The notes under the pieces are model-generated. The model was given only the letters and a program-made list of their open reading frames with translations, was not told where the DNA came from and did no database searches. A stretch of DNA of 64,000 nt. Origin: Candidatus Latescibacterota bacterium (GTDB taxonomy: Bacteria; Latescibacterota; UBA2968; UBA8231). The translations under genes were made by a program, and so were the position numbers. The stretch covers positions 2,976,001-3,040,000 of the forward strand of contig CBDETK010000013.1 in assembly GCA_965242865.1 (NCBI GenBank). The letters are read 5' to 3'. Shown in pieces: positions 30,662 through 41,964 of this stretch (position 1 is the first letter of the stretch; the number at the start of each line of letters is the position of its first letter).

Positions 30662-31492
30662 ATGATTTTGCTGTTGTGTGCATTGCTGGCCGGCGCGGCG
30701 AGCGCGGGCGCCGACGTGTATTTTGAAGAAGAGGTCGTCAATCGCGGCTTTGGCAAAGACAAGGTTGGAGCGCGCAAGACGACCAACAAAATTTACATCA
30801 AGGGGCCGAGCCAGCGGGTCGAGCAGCGGATTGAGGCCGACGCGAGAACGGCAAAGGTCCTCCGGCAGCAGGGCCAACCCCTCAACAAATGCACCATTTT
30901 GCGGCTGGACCAAGTGCAGGTGTACGAAATTGACCTAACGGCGCAGACCTTTGTCCAGCAGAAAGCTCCGCCGGCGCGCAAGGCCGCGGCCAAGCCGAAA
31001 GCCGCCCCGGGCGGGCCACAAGTGGCCCTGGCGGTCAAGGTGCCGGGGGACGCCCAGCGCATCGCTGGAATTTCCTGCCAGCGAGTCGTCGCGCAGATGC
31101 GCGCCCGCTATCTCGACCCCAAGACCCAAAAGCTCCGCCGCGAAAACCGCTACACGTACGACGCCTGCATTGCCAAGCAATTCCCCGGCTCTCAGGAGAT
31201 TGCGGCCTTTGCGGCCTTGCAGGACGCTCGCACATCCTATCCGTCGCTAATCGGCGGCGGCTTGGAAGGGCTGGAAGACCACCAAGCACTGAGCGACCAG
31301 CTAACGAACGCCGAGGAACTCAAAGGCTTTGCGCTGCGCTCAACCTTGACGGCCGCCGTCAAACTGCCCGGCAAAGACAAGTCCAGCCAAGTGTTCCGCT
31401 TAGACCGCACGATCAAGACCATGGCGTACGCGCCGTTGCCCGACTCGCTCTTCCAAGTGTCCAAGGCTCTGACTCGCCTCAAATCCAAATGA
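30662..31492 (+). CDS. Exported hypothetical protein (DUF4412-like)
   Basis: N-terminal signal peptide; IAGISC and C-terminal LPDSLFQV patterns. Confidence 0.6.
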   Translation: MILLLCALLAGAASAGADVYFEEEVVNRGFGKDKVGARKTTNKIYIKGPSQRVEQRIEADARTAKVLRQQGQPLNKCTILRLDQVQVYEIDLTAQTFVQQKAPPARKAAAKPKAAPGGPQVALAVKVPGDAQRIAGISCQRVVAQMRARYLDPKTQKLRRENRYTYDACIAKQFPGSQEIAAFAALQDARTSYPSLIGGGLEGLEDHQALSDQLTNAEELKGFALRSTLTAAVKLPGKDKSSQVFRLDRTIKTMAYAPLPDSLFQVSKALTRLKSK

Positions 31493-34400
31493 AGAGGAAG
31501 CTGTTCGGGGCGGCGGCCGTTTTAGTCCTCGGCCTCGTCGCGCTCACGCCTTTAGGGCCGGCCGCGCTCGCCCACCTGCTGGAGCGCGGAGTGGGGGGAT
31601 GGCAGGTCGCCATCGGCGGTCGCGGAGGAGGCTTGCTCTACGGGTTTTCCTTTTCCGACTTGCAATGTCAAAATCCCGCGCTGGGGGTGGCGGTCGAGGT
31701 CGAGCATCTCGCCGTGCGGCCGTGGTCTTGGGCGGTCGAAATGCAGGCACCCAAGGTGCGGATTGAGCCAAGTGCCCGTGGGACCGCGGCGGCCGATATC
31801 GAGCTGCCCCTCGCCTTCCTCCCCAACCTCAGCGCGACCGCCGGGACGCTCGATTGGCAGTTGGGAGAAACGCGGATCGGGGTGCGTGACTGGCGCGGCG
31901 CGTATCGCTCAGTGGCCGACACCTCGGCGCACTTGGAGTTGACCTTGTCCGAATGGCAAGGAGTGCCGCTGCGCTCGCTAACGCTGGACCTCGCGCTCAG
32001 TCCACACCGCATTGACCGTGGCGAGCTACGGGCCGAGGGCCTCGGCGACAGTCTGAGGGCCGCTTTGCAAGCCTCGTTTGCCTTGGGGCTGAAGCTGCCG
32101 CGGCCTTTGCAGGTGGCGGCCGAGGCCACGGTACAGGCCGATTCTGCGCGAGGCTCCCTAGCAGCGGAGATCGGCGGGGCGTTGACGCCGCTGCAACTGC
32201 GCGGGACGCTCCGCGGGCAAGGTCGTGCGCCAGCAGTCTCCGCAGTGGATCTTCGCGGGCGCGTACAGGCCGACAGTACGCGCTTGGTGCTAGACTCGCT
32301 GCTCGTCTCTTTGTTCGACGGCACCCTGACGGGCGGCGCGACCTATTTTCTGGGCCGCGACAGCTTGCAGGCCGAGCTGCGGGGCGAGGGATTTGATCTC
32401 GCACGAGTGGCTCCCTTGGGCGGGCGGGCGGAATTCGAGCTCGCGGCTGGGGTGAATACCCAGCACCAGCGCTATGCAGCGGACTTTGCCGGCCTCCTGC
32501 GCGACGTGGACTTTTTTCCCGATCGGCCGTTCGACGCCGAGATAACGGCACGGCATCGGCCCGATGGAGCGACCCGGCTCGACCTGCAATCGCCCTTGCT
32601 GGAGCTTGTCGCCACTGGCTCTTCGAGCTTGGCGGACTACGATCTCGCGCTAGAGGGCGCGGTGCTGGCGGCGTTCTTTTGGCGCGGTGCAGCCCCCGTA
32701 GCCATCGCCGGGCAGGCTACGCCCGACACGCTGGCGTTGCAGCTCGCGACTCCCCAGCTCCCCGGCGAATGGGGCGCAGAGTTCGGGCCGCTCGCGGCGG
32801 ATCTTCATCTAGTGGCCAACCGCTATCTCACGACCGCGCTGCGCTTAGAGCGCGATCTCTTGGTGGCGCGGGCGGACATCGACCTTGAGACCGAGGCGGT
32901 CGATACGCTGGTCGCGGCTGTGAACGGACTGGTGCTGGAGCGGGTCATGCCCGGGTTGAGCGGGCGGCTCGACGCGAATTTGCGCGGGGGGGGCGGGCTG
33001 TCGCTCAACGAGCTGCGGTTGGCCGGGCGCACCGCGACTACGCCGCTGGCGTACGCCGGGTGGCAGACCGGCGAACTCGCGCTGGACATGGGCTGGGACC
33101 AAGGCGCGGCGCGGCTAGCCGGCGGCGGGCCGGGCGTCCGCGTGCTGGCCGCACTCGACGCGGCCGGGCACCTAACGGCCCAAGCGGATTTCGCCGATAC
33201 CTTGTTGCGAGGCGCCGATGATGCGGTGGCCACATTGAGCGGTGTTTTGCGGTGGGAGGGGCCGTTGGACAGCCTGTCCGCGGCCCGAGGAAGTCTCGCG
33301 CTCGACTCGCTCTTGCTGCGGCCGGGGACATGGGCCTTGCAAAGCTCCGGGCCGCTCCGGGCCGACTACGGCGACGGGCGCTTGGACCTCGCCGCGATGC
33401 ACTTGCAAACGCCGGTCGGCCTAGTGAGCCTTTCCGGGCAGCTCGGGCGGGATTCGCTCGCGGCGACCGTGGAGCTGCCGGGCCTTGCGCTGTCCAATCT
33501 CGTGCCCGACCTCAGCGCGACGGGCAGCGGGCAACTGCGGGTTGGCGGGACGCTGGCCAGACCGGAGGCCCAAGGGGTGGTGACGCTGGCGGAGACGCGC
33601 CTCGACACCTTTGCCCTCGGTCGTGCCGAGCTGCGCCTCGCGCTGGCGGATTCGCTCCGGGCCGAGTTCACGGCCGATGCCGGTGTGCGCCTCGCGCTCA
33701 CCTGTCCAGCCGCCTCGCTCTTCGGGCCGGGGGAAGCCCCCGCCCAACTCGCAATCGCGGCGGTCGCGGCCGACTTGGGGCCGGTGCTCAGTTATGCTTT
33801 GGGACGCCCGCTACACGGGCGGCTCGATCTCGCTGGGCACTTAGAAGCGGGCTTGGGGGGTTCCATGCCGAGCTGGCGCGACGTGGCCGGGCACATCGAG
33901 GTGCGCGGCTTGACCCTCCAGTCGCAAGCGGCCGACTCGCTGCGGCTGGGCCTCCGATCCGGCGGGCGATTCGCGCTCAACGCGGGCCGCGTCCTGCTGG
34001 ACTCGGTGGCGATTGGCTTGTGGCGTTACGACCGCGACCACCTCGCCCTACAGCCAGCCGGCACCTTGCGATTAGCGGGCCAATTCGCGGACGCCGACCG
34101 CTCGCAGATTGAGTTGGCCCTTGAAGACTTAGACTTGGCTTTCTTGGGCGGTCCTAGGGGGCTGGTCCAGCTCAACGCCGAAGTCAGCGGCACGACGACC
34201 GCTCCCCAACTCGCCGTCGATCTGGACGTGGCAACCGAGGACTTAGGGGGGCTGCGCGGCCGGCTCAGCGGCGATGGGCGCGGCGGCGATTGGCACTTGA
34301 ACTGGACGACCGCACTCGACGACAGCCTCATCGTGACCGGCCAAGTGCCTTGGGATTTGCCGGCCGGCGAACTTGCTCTAGACGAGGGCTGGCTAGCGGC

Positions 34401-35748
34401 GCGGTCCAACGGCATTGGCCTCGGCTTCCTCGGCGATCTAATCGCCGAACTGGACCATCTCGACGGCCGGATTAGCGCGGACCTCCGGGCCGACGGGCTG
34501 GACTCAACGCTCTCGCTGCGAGGCCAAATAGGGGTCGCAGCCCTCGAATTTGCCCTGCTCGATCTCGAGCCGATTTACGCCTTGCCCGACGGGCAGGTGC
34601 AATTCAAGGGCCGGGAGGTCGAGTTGGTGGGGTTTGCCGTTGAGAAAGAACCCCAGCGGGGGTTTCGCAGCGCGTCGCTCGCCGGGCGGGTCGATCTAGC
34701 GCAGCTCGACGACCCCCGCTTTGACTTGCGGCTCCAAGCCGAGCGGATGACCTCCTACTACGAGGCGGCCGCCCAGTCCTTTGCGGCCGATGACATCGAC
34801 TTGGATCTAGCTTTTTCTGGCTCAGTTAGCGCGTCCGAGTTGGCCGGGCGCATCCGCATTGACCGGCCGCGGTCTGAGGCGAGTCTCGTGGCCCTCACGC
34901 TTCCCGTGCCGCCGCCACCGCCGGCCTTGCGCGACGAGTTCTTGGAAAACATGGCCCTCGCGGTCGAGATCGATCTCCGCGGCCTCGCCCTCGACAGCGA
35001 GCTCGCCGAGGTCGAAGCGTCCGGTGCGGTCGAGGTCGGCGGCACCTTCTACAAGCCGCTCTTCCAAGGCGACATCACCATAGACGAAGGCACGGTCTTC
35101 GTCCTCAACCAGCCGTTTGCGATCACGAGAGGGCGCGTCGTCCTAAACCGCCTCGCGCCGACAAAGTCCATCCTCGACGTGATGTACGACCCCCTTGAAC
35201 TGAACCCCACTCTCGATGTGCAGGCCACGGTCGCGGACATCGAAGACATTCAGACCGGCGCGAAATACGACGTGACCTTGACGCTGCAAGGGCCGACTGA
35301 GAAAATCGTGCCAGCTTTTTCCTCGGCTTCAGAGGACCCAGACTTGGACCCGCTGGACATTCCGGGCATCGTCAACCTGCTGGCCTTTAACATGGCAAAC
35401 CCCGACACCATCGCGTCCTTTAATACCGCGGCCGTGGCCTTTGGCACGGCCGCTGGCCAGCTCTTGAGCAAGCAAGTCGAAAAGGTGGGACTCAACGAAT
35501 TCACGGTTCTGCCGTCGAGCGCGATTGTCGGGGCTTCGCCCGGGGATCCCGTGCTCCGCGCGGGTAAGTATCTCGGCGGGTTGCCGCTGCCGCTTTGGGT
35601 GCGCTACGAGGCCCTGCTAAAAGACATGGCGGCCGGCGAGGTGCAGGTCGAACACAAAATCAAGTCCTTTCTGACCATCGTCGGCTCGGCCCAAAGCCGG
35701 TACGAAAGCTATGGGCTGGGCATCGGTCTGAAGCGAGAGTTCCGGTGA
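31489..35748 (+). CDS. tamB: TamB/AsmA-like translocation and assembly module protein
   Basis: 1419 aa, N-terminal TM, beta-rich repeats (VGGTLARP, VSGTTTAP, VGGTFYKP); coupled to a downstream Omp85 gene. Confidence 0.75.
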   Translation: MKRKLFGAAAVLVLGLVALTPLGPAALAHLLERGVGGWQVAIGGRGGGLLYGFSFSDLQCQNPALGVAVEVEHLAVRPWSWAVEMQAPKVRIEPSARGTAAADIELPLAFLPNLSATAGTLDWQLGETRIGVRDWRGAYRSVADTSAHLELTLSEWQGVPLRSLTLDLALSPHRIDRGELRAEGLGDSLRAALQASFALGLKLPRPLQVAAEATVQADSARGSLAAEIGGALTPLQLRGTLRGQGRAPAVSAVDLRGRVQADSTRLVLDSLLVSLFDGTLTGGATYFLGRDSLQAELRGEGFDLARVAPLGGRAEFELAAGVNTQHQRYAADFAGLLRDVDFFPDRPFDAEITARHRPDGATRLDLQSPLLELVATGSSSLADYDLALEGAVLAAFFWRGAAPVAIAGQATPDTLALQLATPQLPGEWGAEFGPLAADLHLVANRYLTTALRLERDLLVARADIDLETEAVDTLVAAVNGLVLERVMPGLSGRLDANLRGGGGLSLNELRLAGRTATTPLAYAGWQTGELALDMGWDQGAARLAGGGPGVRVLAALDAAGHLTAQADFADTLLRGADDAVATLSGVLRWEGPLDSLSAARGSLALDSLLLRPGTWALQSSGPLRADYGDGRLDLAAMHLQTPVGLVSLSGQLGRDSLAATVELPGLALSNLVPDLSATGSGQLRVGGTLARPEAQGVVTLAETRLDTFALGRAELRLALADSLRAEFTADAGVRLALTCPAASLFGPGEAPAQLAIAAVAADLGPVLSYALGRPLHGRLDLAGHLEAGLGGSMPSWRDVAGHIEVRGLTLQSQAADSLRLGLRSGGRFALNAGRVLLDSVAIGLWRYDRDHLALQPAGTLRLAGQFADADRSQIELALEDLDLAFLGGPRGLVQLNAEVSGTTTAPQLAVDLDVATEDLGGLRGRLSGDGRGGDWHLNWTTALDDSLIVTGQVPWDLPAGELALDEGWLAARSNGIGLGFLGDLIAELDHLDGRISADLRADGLDSTLSLRGQIGVAALEFALLDLEPIYALPDGQVQFKGREVELVGFAVEKEPQRGFRSASLAGRVDLAQLDDPRFDLRLQAERMTSYYEAAAQSFAADDIDLDLAFSGSVSASELAGRIRIDRPRSEASLVALTLPVPPPPPALRDEFLENMALAVEIDLRGLALDSELAEVEASGAVEVGGTFYKPLFQGDITIDEGTVFVLNQPFAITRGRVVLNRLAPTKSILDVMYDPLELNPTLDVQATVADIEDIQTGAKYDVTLTLQGPTEKIVPAFSSASEDPDLDPLDIPGIVNLLAFNMANPDTIASFNTAAVAFGTAAGQLLSKQVEKVGLNEFTVLPSSAIVGASPGDPVLRAGKYLGGLPLPLWVRYEALLKDMAAGEVQVEHKIKSFLTIVGSAQSRYESYGLGIGLKREFR

Positions 35749-37832
35749 CCGCGTTCGCGGCCGTGCTCTGTCTGGCCCTCGCCGGCATGGCCGCGGCCCA
35801 AGAGGACCTGCGCGGAGCATCGGTCCGCCAAGCCGATGGCCACAAGGTGGCCCAAGTTCGCTTCGTTCACCGCGGCGAAAAGCGCATCAAAGGCGAGACC
35901 TTGCGCTCGGCCATGCTAACCCAAGAGGGCCAGCGCTTCCACCGCCGCTTCTTCAAAAACGACCTGAGCCAACTGGTCAACCTCTACCGCAGCAAGGGCT
36001 ATCGCGACGCCGAGATCGTCCGCAAGTACCTGCGCTTGGACGCCAAGGACCGAGTCCACATTCACATCGAAATTGACAGCGGCGCGCTGTGGACGGTGCG
36101 CCGCCTAACGCTCGTAGGAGGCGCGCCCTTTGCGGCCGACACCCTGCGCGCTCAGGTCAGCTTGCGCGCGGGCGCACCCCTCGACTACGGCAAGGTGCTC
36201 GAAGGCGAGCGCCAGCTCCAAGCCTTCCTCAATCAGCGCGGCTATCCTCACGCGACCGTGCGCAACGAGTGGGTGGAAGACGATCTCGCCGGCCGCAGCA
36301 CCGAGGTCGTCTTCCGCATTGATCCTGGGCGCAAGATGTACTTCGGCGCAGTGGAGGTCGAAAACCTCGACCAGCTATACACGCGCAAGGTGCTGATCGA
36401 TCGCTACATGTACTTTGAGCCGGGGGACGTGTACGATCCCGAGCAGCTCGCCAAAAGCCGCGAGCAACTGGCGCGGACCGGCCTGTTCCGCTCGGTCTTT
36501 TTGCTCACGCCCGAGACGGGCGACAGCTTGCAGTCGGTCGTGGTGCGCTTGAGCGAAAAAAAGCGCATCTCCTTCAGTACCTACGCCTTTTTTAGCAACA
36601 TCAATCCGCGCCTGACAGGGGCCGTGCAGCACAACAACTGGCTGGGTCGCGGCGCGCGGCTAAGCCTCGACGCAAGCTGGGGCCAGCCGGAGCAGGGCGT
36701 CACCGCGTCCTTTACCGAGCGCAATGTGCTGGGCACGGGCGCGGACCTCGTGCTGTCGGCCGGGGTCAGCGACGAATGGGAAGACAACCGGAGGCGGTCC
36801 GGCGACCCAAACGACCAGCGGCAATTCGCGCTTTTGACGGCCAACGACTCCATACTCAACGGCCTTTTGTTATTCTCCGGGGAAGTAGATGCGCGGGAGT
36901 ACATCAACACGGCCACTTTCAGATACCGCTCGATTGAGCACTTGTGGAAAGCCGAAGCAACGCTCACCAAAGGCTGGCGCGAAATCTATCAAGTCCAAGT
37001 CTCTCTGAGCGGAGAAGACTCGCGCATCCGGCCCGATCCGAGCGAGCGCATAGCCTACGCGCCCAATCCCGACGCCGGCGGGGCAAGCACCGGCGATGAG
37101 CCGACCGATGCGGACGATCTGTTTAGCGACGACGATTTCGACTTCGCTGGCAAAGGCCGTTCCCTCGCCCAAGACGAGGTCATAGACTACAGCGACGGCA
37201 AAATTCCAGTGACGGCGGATTGGCTGCAGATTCTGACCGAACGCGAGCGCTCGGTCAATTTGAAGACCGAGTTTTTGCGCGACTCGCGCGACGACCCCTT
37301 TGCCCCCACCCGCGGCGCGTTTTTGCGGTTGACCGGACTGTACGCCTATTCGTTCATTCTCGGTCGGCATCAGACCTATGTAATCGACGGCGAGGCCGAG
37401 TTTATATACTACCAACCGCTCTCGCGCCGGCTGGTATTGGCCTTAGCCCTGCAAGGGACGCGGACGGGCTCGCTGCGTCAAGGACGCGCCCTGCCGCAGA
37501 AGTACTGGAAGGCGTATGGCGGCGAGGGCTCGGTGCGGGGAGTCGAGTACGAGGCAATACAGGCGACGGGTGGCGGCCGCCTCGGCCTGAACATGCGCGG
37601 GGAGTTGCGCTATCAGCGCAACAGCTTCGGCTTGGTTGGCTTTTGGGACCGGGCGCAGGTCTGGCGGCGGCCAAGCGAGGCGACCTTGCGGCCCATGGTG
37701 GATGGCTATGGGGTGGGGTTGCGCTACGTCTTGGGGTTTCCCCTCCGGCTCGACCTAGCCTTTAACGATGGTGCCCTCAACGGCGAATCGCGGCGGATTC
37801 GGTTTTACTTTTCTATTGGCCAAGCCTTTTAA
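35745..37832 (+). CDS. BamA/TamA (Omp85) family outer-membrane protein
   Basis: GTGA overlap; POTRA motifs (LYRSKGY, RGYPHA, LARTGLF); GGEGSVRG; terminal YFSIGQAF. Confidence 0.88.
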   Translation: MTAFAAVLCLALAGMAAAQEDLRGASVRQADGHKVAQVRFVHRGEKRIKGETLRSAMLTQEGQRFHRRFFKNDLSQLVNLYRSKGYRDAEIVRKYLRLDAKDRVHIHIEIDSGALWTVRRLTLVGGAPFAADTLRAQVSLRAGAPLDYGKVLEGERQLQAFLNQRGYPHATVRNEWVEDDLAGRSTEVVFRIDPGRKMYFGAVEVENLDQLYTRKVLIDRYMYFEPGDVYDPEQLAKSREQLARTGLFRSVFLLTPETGDSLQSVVVRLSEKKRISFSTYAFFSNINPRLTGAVQHNNWLGRGARLSLDASWGQPEQGVTASFTERNVLGTGADLVLSAGVSDEWEDNRRRSGDPNDQRQFALLTANDSILNGLLLFSGEVDAREYINTATFRYRSIEHLWKAEATLTKGWREIYQVQVSLSGEDSRIRPDPSERIAYAPNPDAGGASTGDEPTDADDLFSDDDFDFAGKGRSLAQDEVIDYSDGKIPVTADWLQILTERERSVNLKTEFLRDSRDDPFAPTRGAFLRLTGLYAYSFILGRHQTYVIDGEAEFIYYQPLSRRLVLALALQGTRTGSLRQGRALPQKYWKAYGGEGSVRGVEYEAIQATGGGRLGLNMRGELRYQRNSFGLVGFWDRAQVWRRPSEATLRPMVDGYGVGLRYVLGFPLRLDLAFNDGALNGESRRIRFYFSIGQAF

Positions 37833-38680
37833 TGCTCGAAATAATCCATCACGCCACGGCCAGCGAGTTGCTTGCGCTTGCAGGGGCTTGCCTCAAAGCG
37901 CACGAGAGCGAAAACAACTTGCCGCTCGGCCTTGCGTACGCGCTCGCCACCGATCCCCAGCGCTACGGCCCTGAGCCACCGCTGTTATTGAGTGTTTTGG
38001 AGCGAGGGGAAGCGGTCGGCGTGGCCGTAATGACGCCGCCGCGGCGGCTCGTCCTGAGCAAGTTTGCGGCGAGAGGGGCCATGGCCCCTCTCGTGCGCTA
38101 CCTGCTCAACGCGGCCGCGCCCATTCCGGGCGTCGTCGGGCCGGCGTCCCAAGCGCACGCCTTTGCCGCTTGCTGGGCCGAGGCCCTGCCGAGCGCAGCA
38201 CCTCGGGTGGCCGCCCGGATGCGCGTATTTGAGGCGCGAACGGTTGCCAACGTGCCCCTTGCGGCGGGGGACCTGCGCTTGGCCCGCATGGACGACTACC
38301 CGCTCATGGCGCAGTGGATGGCCGCCTTTTCGCAAGAGGCGTTGGGTGCCGACCCCAACCGGGCCGAGCAAGAAGCCGAGCGGGCCATCGGCGACGGGCA
38401 ACTGTACGTGTGGGACTGCAACGGGCCGGTCTCTATCGCCAAAGCCTCGCGCCCGCTGCGAACCGGCACGACGATCAACGCGGTGTACACGCCGCCCGCG
38501 CAGCGCAACAAGGGATATGCCACTTCATGCGTGGCGTCCCTGACCGAGAAGCTGCTCTCAGAGCGCTATTCGTTTTGCAGCCTATTTGCCGATTTGTCCA
38601 ATCCAACCTCCAACGGCATCTACGCGAAAATCGGCTATGTGCCTTTGGGCGATGCGTTGGAATTTGATTTCGCTACCTGA
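37832..38680 (+). CDS. GNAT family N-acetyltransferase
   Basis: VYTPPAQRNKGYA, LFADLSNPTSNGIYAKIGY. Confidence 0.9.
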   Translation: MLEIIHHATASELLALAGACLKAHESENNLPLGLAYALATDPQRYGPEPPLLLSVLERGEAVGVAVMTPPRRLVLSKFAARGAMAPLVRYLLNAAAPIPGVVGPASQAHAFAACWAEALPSAAPRVAARMRVFEARTVANVPLAAGDLRLARMDDYPLMAQWMAAFSQEALGADPNRAEQEAERAIGDGQLYVWDCNGPVSIAKASRPLRTGTTINAVYTPPAQRNKGYATSCVASLTEKLLSERYSFCSLFADLSNPTSNGIYAKIGYVPLGDALEFDFAT

Positions 38681-38698
38681 AACCCGGAAAGGGCTTTT

Positions 38699-40540
38699 AT
38701 GCAGTCATTTCGCAGCAGTACCACCACCCAAGGAAGGCGCATGGCCGGAGCGCGGGCCTTGTGGCGCGCCACCGGCATGAAGACCGAGGATTTTCAAAAG
38801 CCCATCGTCGCCATTGCCAATTCCTTTACTCAGTTCGTGCCCGGGCACGTGCATTTGCACCCCATTGGCCAGCAGGTCAAGGAAGTGATCGACCAGCACG
38901 GCGGCTACGGCGTGGAGTTCAACACCATTGCCGTAGATGACGGCATTGCCATGGGCCACGACGGGATGCTCTACTCCCTACCGAGCCGCGAGCTAATCGC
39001 CGACAGCGTCGAATACATGGTGCAGGCCCACAAGGCCGACGCCCTCGTCTGCATTTCCAATTGCGACAAGATCACCCCGGGCATGTTGCTGGCCGCGCTC
39101 AGGCTCAACATCCCGGCGATCTTCGTCTCTGGGGGGCCGATGGAGGCCGGCAAGGCCGAGCTGTCAACCGGCCGCGCCAAGCTCGATTTGATCGACTCCA
39201 TGGTCGCGGCGGCCGACCCCAATTTGAGCGACGAGGACGTGGCCAAGATGGAGGAACAAGCCTGCCCGACTTGTGGCTCGTGCTCGGGCATGTTCACCGC
39301 CAACTCCATGAACTGCCTCAACGAGGCCATCGGCCTAGCCCTGCCGGGCAACGGCACCATCCTCGCCACGCACGAGCTGCGCTGGGAGCTTTTTGCCGCG
39401 GCCGGCAAGCGGATCGTCGAAATGGCCCAAGCATTTTACTTAGAGGGCAACACTTCGGTGCTGCCGCGCAGCATTGCGACCTTCTCGGCCTTTGAAAACG
39501 CCATGAGCTTAGACATTGCCATGGGCGGCTCCACCAACACGGTCCTGCACTTGTTGGCCATGGCCCGCGAGGCCGAAGTCAATTTCACCATGGCCGACAT
39601 CGACCGGCTCTCGCGGCAGGTCCCCTGCATCTGCAAGGTCGCACCGGCTTCGCAGGAGTTTCACATCGAGGACGTCGCCCGCGCCGGCGGCATTATGAGC
39701 ATTCTCGGCGAGCTGTTGCGCGCCGGCAAAATCCACCCCGAGCCAAACACCGTTGCCGGGCCGTCGCTGGGCGAGCTGATCGCCGCCAACGACATTCGCG
39801 GGCCGGGCGCGGTGGCGGCGGCGGCCAAGCAGCGGGCCTTGGCGGCCCCGGGGAACGTGCGGACCAAGGTCGCCTTCTCCCAAAACAACTTTTATCCCGA
39901 GCCGGACACCGACGATCAAACCGGCTGCATCCACTCGGTCGCACACGCTTATTCGCAAGACGGCGGGTTGGCCGTGCTTTTCGGCAACATCGCCGAGGAG
40001 GGCTGCATCGTGAAGACCGCCGGCGTCGATGAGTCGGTCTGGGTCTTTGAGGGCACGGCCCGGATCTTTGAGTCGCAGGACGAAGCATGCGAAGGGATCC
40101 TCAGCGGCAAGGTCCGCGCCGGCGACGTAGTAGTAATCCGCTACGAGGGCCCCAAGGGCGGGCCGGGGATGCAGGAGATGCTCTACCCAACGTCGTATCT
40201 CAAGTCCATGGGGTTGGGCAAGACCTGTGCGCTGCTGACCGACGGCCGCTTTTCCGGCGGCACCTCTGGCCTGTCGGTTGGCCACGTCTCCCCAGAGGCG
40301 GCCGAGGGCGGGGCACTGGCCCTCGTAGAAACCGGCGACCGGATTCGCATCGACATTCCCAACCGCAAAATTGACGTGTTGCTCGCCGACGCCGCACTCT
40401 CGGGCCGACGGCAAAAAATAGACGCCTATCGGCCCCGCAACCGCCAACGGCACGTCCCCCAATCGCTGCGGGCCTATGCCGCCCTGACGACGAGCGCGGC
40501 GCACGGGGCGGTGCGAGACGTGGGACAACTGCAAAAATAG
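38699..40540 (+). CDS. ilvD: Dihydroxy-acid dehydratase
   Basis: [49 protein letters not shown]. Confidence 0.97.
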   Translation: MQSFRSSTTTQGRRMAGARALWRATGMKTEDFQKPIVAIANSFTQFVPGHVHLHPIGQQVKEVIDQHGGYGVEFNTIAVDDGIAMGHDGMLYSLPSRELIADSVEYMVQAHKADALVCISNCDKITPGMLLAALRLNIPAIFVSGGPMEAGKAELSTGRAKLDLIDSMVAAADPNLSDEDVAKMEEQACPTCGSCSGMFTANSMNCLNEAIGLALPGNGTILATHELRWELFAAAGKRIVEMAQAFYLEGNTSVLPRSIATFSAFENAMSLDIAMGGSTNTVLHLLAMAREAEVNFTMADIDRLSRQVPCICKVAPASQEFHIEDVARAGGIMSILGELLRAGKIHPEPNTVAGPSLGELIAANDIRGPGAVAAAAKQRALAAPGNVRTKVAFSQNNFYPEPDTDDQTGCIHSVAHAYSQDGGLAVLFGNIAEEGCIVKTAGVDESVWVFEGTARIFESQDEACEGILSGKVRAGDVVVIRYEGPKGGPGMQEMLYPTSYLKSMGLGKTCALLTDGRFSGGTSGLSVGHVSPEAAEGGALALVETGDRIRIDIPNRKIDVLLADAALSGRRQKIDAYRPRNRQRHVPQSLRAYAALTTSAAHGAVRDVGQLQK

Positions 40541-40562
40541 CGTTGCAACCAAAAGGAACCTT

Positions 40563-41519
40563 ATGAAGATCACAGTACTAGACGGACATACCCTAAACCC
40601 CGGCGACAACCCTTGGGATCCGGTCTCGTCATTGGGCGAGTTTGCGGTACACGACACCACGCCAGACGACCTAATTTTGGCGCGGGCGGCGGACGCCGAC
40701 GTGATTTTGACCAACAAGGTGCCGCTGACGGCCGCGACCTTTGCCCGGCTACCCAACTTGCGCTTTGTGTCGGTTATGGCCACCGGGTACAACATCGTCG
40801 ATGTGGCCGCGGCGCGCGCCCGCGCCATTCCGGTGTCAAACATTCCGGTGTACGGCACCGATTCGGTCGCTCAATACACCATGGCCCTGCTGCTCGAACT
40901 GTGCCACCGAATCGGGCATCACGACGCGGCCGTGCATCGAGGCGAGTGGGCTGCATCGGGTTATTGGTGTTTTTGGGAGACTCCGCTGATGGAGCTCGTG
41001 GGGAAAGTTATCGGCCTGGTGGGCTTTGGGCGCATCGGCCAGCGCGTCGGCGAGCTAGCCCACGCTTTTGGCATGGAGGTCTGGGCGTATGCGCCGTCGC
41101 CCAAAGCCCCACCGGGGTACGCGCCGTTTGCCCTCAAGAGCACGGCCGAGATTTTCGCCGGGGCCGACGTGGTCAGCTTGCACTGCCCGCAGACCCCGGA
41201 CAACACCGGCTTTGTCAACGCCGAGTTGTTGGCAACCATGAAGGAAGGGTCGCTTTTTATCAACACGGCGCGCGGAGCACTCGTCGATGAGCAGGCCCTT
41301 TTGCAGGCCCTGCGCGCTGGCAAGCCCCGGGCCACGGCGACCGACGTGGCTTCGGTCGAGCCGATGGCCGGCGACAACCCGCTCTTACAGGCACCGAATC
41401 TACTCATCACGCCGCACATCGCTTGGGCCACGCTAGAGGCGCGCAAGCGACTGATGCAAATGACCGCAGAAAACGTGCGGGCCTTTCTGGCCGGTGCGCC
41501 GATCAACGTGGTGAATTGA
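40563..41519 (+). CDS. D-2-hydroxyacid dehydrogenase (glycerate dehydrogenase-like)
   Basis: LNPGD, GFGRIG, SLHCP, INTARG, TPHIAW. Confidence 0.9.
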   Translation: MKITVLDGHTLNPGDNPWDPVSSLGEFAVHDTTPDDLILARAADADVILTNKVPLTAATFARLPNLRFVSVMATGYNIVDVAAARARAIPVSNIPVYGTDSVAQYTMALLLELCHRIGHHDAAVHRGEWAASGYWCFWETPLMELVGKVIGLVGFGRIGQRVGELAHAFGMEVWAYAPSPKAPPGYAPFALKSTAEIFAGADVVSLHCPQTPDNTGFVNAELLATMKEGSLFINTARGALVDEQALLQALRAGKPRATATDVASVEPMAGDNPLLQAPNLLITPHIAWATLEARKRLMQMTAENVRAFLAGAPINVVN

Positions 41520-41545
41520 CATTGCGCCCGATTTTCGGTTATTAT
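41516..41545 (+). promoter_or_regulatory. Sigma70 promoter of tmRNA
   Basis: TTGACA-18 nt-TATTAT, 8 nt before the mature 5' end. Confidence 0.65.
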
Positions 41546-41553
41546 TTTCAAAA

Positions 41554-41912
41554 GGGGGCGACACGGCTTCGACGGGGTCGGAGAAGCCCAAATTGCGTGC
41601 CGAGGTCCCGACACCTCGTAAATCCTCGGGAAACAATTAAGCGACGAGAATAACACGTACGCTCTGGCTGCCTAAATTTAGCGCAGCCCATTGGGATCTG
41701 TTGAGCCTGCGCGGCAGGTCCCAATGCCATCTCTTAGCAGGCTGGTCCCAAACCTTTGCCCGAGGGAATGGGGCGAGATTTTTCGGGCTGGCTTGTTGCG
41801 CGGCCCGTCGGCCGGCAACGCAACAGGCGAGATTATTAAGGCCGACTACGCACGTAGCATATTTCGGTAGACTCGGTCTCGGACGCGGGTTCGATTCCCG
41901 CCGCCTCCACCA
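41554..41912 (+). ncRNA. ssrA: tmRNA; tag reading frame (A)DENNTYALAA* at 41643-41675
   Basis: 5' GGGGGCGAC..GGCTTCGACGGGG; 3' T-arm GCGGGTTCGATTCCCGC and CGCCTCCACCA acceptor end; YALAA tag; 359 nt. Confidence 0.95.
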
Positions 41913-41917
41913 TCTTT

Positions 41918-41952
41918 AAGCGCGACTTCTGCACATTGAGGTCGCGCTTTTT
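41918..41952 (+). terminator. Intrinsic terminator after tmRNA
   Basis: AAGCGCGACTT...AGGTCGCGCTT followed by TTT. Confidence 0.8.
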
Positions 41953-41964
41953 GTGTTTACCTGC

